From assembly GCF_964204645.1 (NCBI RefSeq), contig NC_134030.1:14446110-14510109 (forward strand): a DNA stretch of 64,000 nucleotides, written 5' to 3'. The position numbers and the translations under genes are program-made. Below are positions 60,736 through 64,000 of the stretch, piece by piece. Source of the DNA: Tubulanus polymorphus (taxonomy: Eukaryota; Animalia; Nemertea). The stretch's first letter is position 1. Every line of letters begins with the position of its first letter. The notes beneath the pieces were generated by a model. The model had not been told where the DNA came from. It saw only the letters and a program-made list of their open reading frames with translations, and made no database searches.

Positions 60736-63012
60736 ATGTGCACAAGATTAATTAAAGTTCCCGCGAAAGACATGAGTAATAAATATATAAATTCAATATT
60801 ATATTATTTAACTGTTAACAATAATTTAGCAGATATTTCAGGAGTAAATATAAATGAGTATTATAAATCTGAAAATAATGAATTAATTGAAACATCAGAT
60901 ATATTTTGCGATAATATAATGCTATATAAAATCATGTTAGAAAAAGAAATTATAAAAGAAAATAGAACAACTTTTCTAAACATTAATCAGAGAAAGATAA
61001 CACATTATGAAATTAAAGAATGTTTTAATCAAGGAGATATTATATTGGATAACTTAACTATAAAAATTACACGTGTTTTAACAATTCATGATGATAATTC
61101 AAAATCATATATATTAAGTAGAATTAATCAAGAATTAAAATTAACAGATTATATTGCTGTATTTAAAATTTCATTATGCAATCAAAATTTAAATGAATTG
61201 ATACAGAAAATGGATAATATTGAAAAATTATTAAATGAAAAAAATTACAATATATTAGATGTAGATGTGACACAAGATTTTAAAGGATCATTTAATTCAG
61301 ATGAAATAAAATCAATGTTCGAAAATAGAAAATATAAAATTCTAAAAGAATTTTCCAATAGTTGTGTTTCAGCATTACATAAGGATGATAAAATAAAGAT
61401 CTATAATAAAACAGCATGTCAATTCAAATCTCCTGGTGTAAATATAAATTTCGGTTCAAATTTAATGAGTTACATAAATTGCTATCAAGAGAGGTTAAAA
61501 GAATCATTTGAAAAATCAATTGAAACAGGATTGATTAGAATTGAAATAACAAGTATTTCATTTAAAAGAGGATTAAAAGTGATGGGAAAAATAAAACAAT
61601 ACTTAAAAAAAGAAAATATTTACTATTCACCTACATATTTACAACTTAAATCATTATTTGATGAGGTTCAACAGACCGTATGTATTTATGATTTGATTGA
61701 AAAATGCTTTTATTTCTGTTATTATGGTGATTTATTAGCAAGGAAATTTATAGGATATAAATCTAGGATAAGTAAAAATATTGAAGAGTCCTCCTTTTTA
61801 CTTATTTTATCAATGTTTACAATTAAGAATATCCCATGTTTATACCTAACAATTAATCAAAATGATGATAAATCAGAATTCATTATTGAAGCAAAAAAAT
61901 ATATTAAAACTGAAGGAGCAACTGTTATATCTTCAACTAATTCAATGTTTACAGTATTGAATAAATTTATATTTAGATTTAAATTACGTGAAACAGGAAT
62001 TAGTTTTACAACTTTAAAAAAGAGATACAATATAAAATCTAAACCTTTTTATAAATTAGATGCACTTGATATTGAAGAAGATTTTGATTTAAAATTATTA
62101 TCTAAAAGTGAATTTAAAAAGTTAGAAGAAATGAAAGAACTTAAACAATTACAAGAAGATATAGATGAAAATAGAAATAAAATTTGTAATGAATTAAAGC
62201 AACAATTAGATATTGATAATGAATTATTTGAGACAGAATTTAAAAAACTTGAAATAATTCCTGAAGTAAAATTAAATGATTATACTCCTAAAATATCTGG
62301 AATTGACAATAATACAATTTTTGAAATTAGAGGTTTTTCAACTCAATGTAAATGTATAACAGATCTTTATTTCAGTTATATTTTAACAGATCAAGGCTTT
62401 TATGAAACTACTACTAATTTAAGAGAATTATTGATAAAAACATTACAATTAGACGTATTAAATAATAATTATTTTGAATTGTCTTCGATCGAAAAAATCA
62501 TCGAAAAGTTAAAAATAGGCGTTCATAGCCCTGATAGACACTTTATTTTATCAAAATTAGAAAAACCTATTTTCCAAGTAAAGAAGATAACACACGATCA
62601 TTTTGAAATAATTGATAAAATGGATTTTGAATTGATGAAAAAATATACTGAATATTTAAAGATAAATTCTAATGATTTCATAAATGTATGTGATATACGT
62701 AAAGAATCTGATTATTTAAGAAAAATGAAACTTAACAATATGAAAATTAAGCAATGCGAGCGTTTAGAACTATTAAAAGATAATTCTGAATATAATATTG
62801 ATTTCATTAATCCTAGATATTTTAGAAATAAATTGCGCCATCTAATTTTAATTCATAATGATGAAAATATTTACATATCAAATGAATTTTTCGATAAAGA
62901 AATGATCAAGAATAATATAACAGAATATCAGGTGATAAAATTGATTACGCACAAGCAAAAATATAATTCTCAGCGGCATAAAGAATTAGTAGTAAGTTTA
63001 ATTGTTATTTGA
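60736..63012 (+). CDS. 758-aa protein; putative Rep_trans/phage gpII-like rolling-circle initiator domain
   Basis: Intact ORF with ATAAATG start (existence is secure). Function is inferred only from the ordered motifs DVDVTQDF, KIKIYNK and LIRIEIT. Confidence 0.55.
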   Translation: MCTRLIKVPAKDMSNKYINSILYYLTVNNNLADISGVNINEYYKSENNELIETSDIFCDNIMLYKIMLEKEIIKENRTTFLNINQRKITHYEIKECFNQGDIILDNLTIKITRVLTIHDDNSKSYILSRINQELKLTDYIAVFKISLCNQNLNELIQKMDNIEKLLNEKNYNILDVDVTQDFKGSFNSDEIKSMFENRKYKILKEFSNSCVSALHKDDKIKIYNKTACQFKSPGVNINFGSNLMSYINCYQERLKESFEKSIETGLIRIEITSISFKRGLKVMGKIKQYLKKENIYYSPTYLQLKSLFDEVQQTVCIYDLIEKCFYFCYYGDLLARKFIGYKSRISKNIEESSFLLILSMFTIKNIPCLYLTINQNDDKSEFIIEAKKYIKTEGATVISSTNSMFTVLNKFIFRFKLRETGISFTTLKKRYNIKSKPFYKLDALDIEEDFDLKLLSKSEFKKLEEMKELKQLQEDIDENRNKICNELKQQLDIDNELFETEFKKLEIIPEVKLNDYTPKISGIDNNTIFEIRGFSTQCKCITDLYFSYILTDQGFYETTTNLRELLIKTLQLDVLNNNYFELSSIEKIIEKLKIGVHSPDRHFILSKLEKPIFQVKKITHDHFEIIDKMDFELMKKYTEYLKINSNDFINVCDIRKESDYLRKMKLNNMKIKQCERLELLKDNSEYNIDFINPRYFRNKLRHLILIHNDENIYISNEFFDKEMIKNNITEYQVIKLITHKQKYNSQRHKELVVSLIVI

Positions 63013-63069
63013 ATTGAAACATATAAATATTTAACATTTTATAAACTGTTTAATTTTTCTCTTAAATAA

Positions 63070-63267
63070 ATGGATGGTTTCATCCCAACTGGGAAAAGTG
63101 ATTTGAAACATTATCTTGTAGCAGGAGGATTAATATTGGCTGCGCTTTATTTATACTATGAGAATATTAGTAAGGATTTGATGAATGAAAATATAAAATT
63201 GAGCAAGAAATTGAAAAAATTAAATGGAAATAAAAATAATCATAAAAAAGTTATTGAATCAGATTAG
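63070..63267 (+). CDS. Small Polinton membrane protein
   Basis: ATAAATG start; one TM (YLVAGGLILAALYLYY). Confidence 0.55.
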   Translation: MDGFIPTGKSDLKHYLVAGGLILAALYLYYENISKDLMNENIKLSKKLKKLNGNKNNHKKVIESD

Positions 63268-63287
63268 TGAATTAATTAAATAAATAA

Positions 63288-63590
63288 ATGAGTGAAAATA
63301 TATTAAACTTATTACATCTAATATATAAAAATCAACAGAATATTAAATCAATTATTATGCTTACAGGTTTATTTTCATTCTCAGTTTATACTATAAAACA
63401 GTTGTTAGAATTCTATGATTGCTGTAAAATTAGATACACTGAATTAATAGAAAATATGAATTATATTTCAGATAGATTGAATAATATTAAGTGTTGTGAA
63501 ATTTGTAATAAAAGATATAAAAATAAAAAGAGTTTGAGAAATCATAAATATATTCATGAATTAGATGAAAAATTATATGAATCAAAATAA
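63288..63590 (+). CDS. Small protein with TM and C2H2 zinc finger
   Basis: ATAAATG start; CEICNKRYKNKKSLRNHKYIH. Confidence 0.7.
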   Translation: MSENILNLLHLIYKNQQNIKSIIMLTGLFSFSVYTIKQLLEFYDCCKIRYTELIENMNYISDRLNNIKCCEICNKRYKNKKSLRNHKYIHELDEKLYESK

Positions 63591-63670
63591 GAAATCGACT
63601 GTTAAATTAGCTGAAAATATAAAATATATTAGTTGAAATGTATGAAAAAAAGGGGGTTGAGGTATCAATA

Positions 63671-63743
63671 TATTAGATACCCTATTAGATACCCTAATAC
63701 CATGTATTAGATACCCTATTAGATACCCTAATACCATGTATTA
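63671..63743. repeat. Short tandem repeat (34-bp unit x2, built from TATTAGATACCC)
   Basis: Directly visible. Confidence 0.85.
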
Positions 63744-64000
63744 AATACGTATTAATGGTATTGAATACATATTATGCTTTATTTCTGAAAATGAAGTAAC
63801 AGAAGTAATTTATGTTTTAATTCATTCGAGTATGATATTATAAATTCTTTACACTTGACTAGGATAATACAAGAGTGATATTAGTTAGTTGGCTTATTCA
63901 GTAAGAGAAACAATGAAATAATACTAGAGTGATACTAACAGTTAAAGTTATTGAATTTCTTGTTAAATATATTTGAATTCTAGTCAATTCTTGTTAACCA

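Larger units (their letters stand above)
58137..64000 (+). mobile_element. Polinton/Maverick element 2, left portion
   Basis: Starts AGTAATAGGG; terminus homologous to the element 1 end; pPolB follows; AT-rich genes with ATAAATG starts. Confidence 0.92.

Overview
This is eukaryotic DNA (spliceosomal introns are present; most likely an invertebrate animal) made almost entirely of nested mobile elements. No host housekeeping gene is recognisable. From left to right: (1) 1-13417, the right part of a decayed AT-rich Polinton/Maverick (adintovirus-like) element with penton, major capsid, packaging ATPase, integrase and HNH genes. (2) An old BEL/Pao fragment, interrupted both by that Polinton and by (3) a full-length Ty3/Gypsy element (15070-26906) with gag, pol, a chromodomain and an intact F-type env. 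(4) A large intron-containing DNA transposon region (about 27.1-44.5 kb) with a ParB-like gene and a Sola-like transposase arranged head to head, interrupted by (5) a full BEL/Pao element (33995-40065). (6) A long-TIR non-autonomous element. (7) The 3' half of another Gypsy element with an extra zinc-finger ORF, into which (8) a young Gypsy element lacking integrase has inserted (49222-55901). (9) From 58137, the left end of a second, related Polinton. Best candidate for a new system: both Polinton ends are ~267-bp fold-back hairpins whose outer arms co-vary between copies, and the second Polinton encodes a 758-aa protein with motifs resembling Rep_trans/phage gpII rolling-circle nickases. Together these suggest a Polinton lineage that uses hairpin priming and nicking. 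All protein calls come from recognising motifs by eye; no database search was run.
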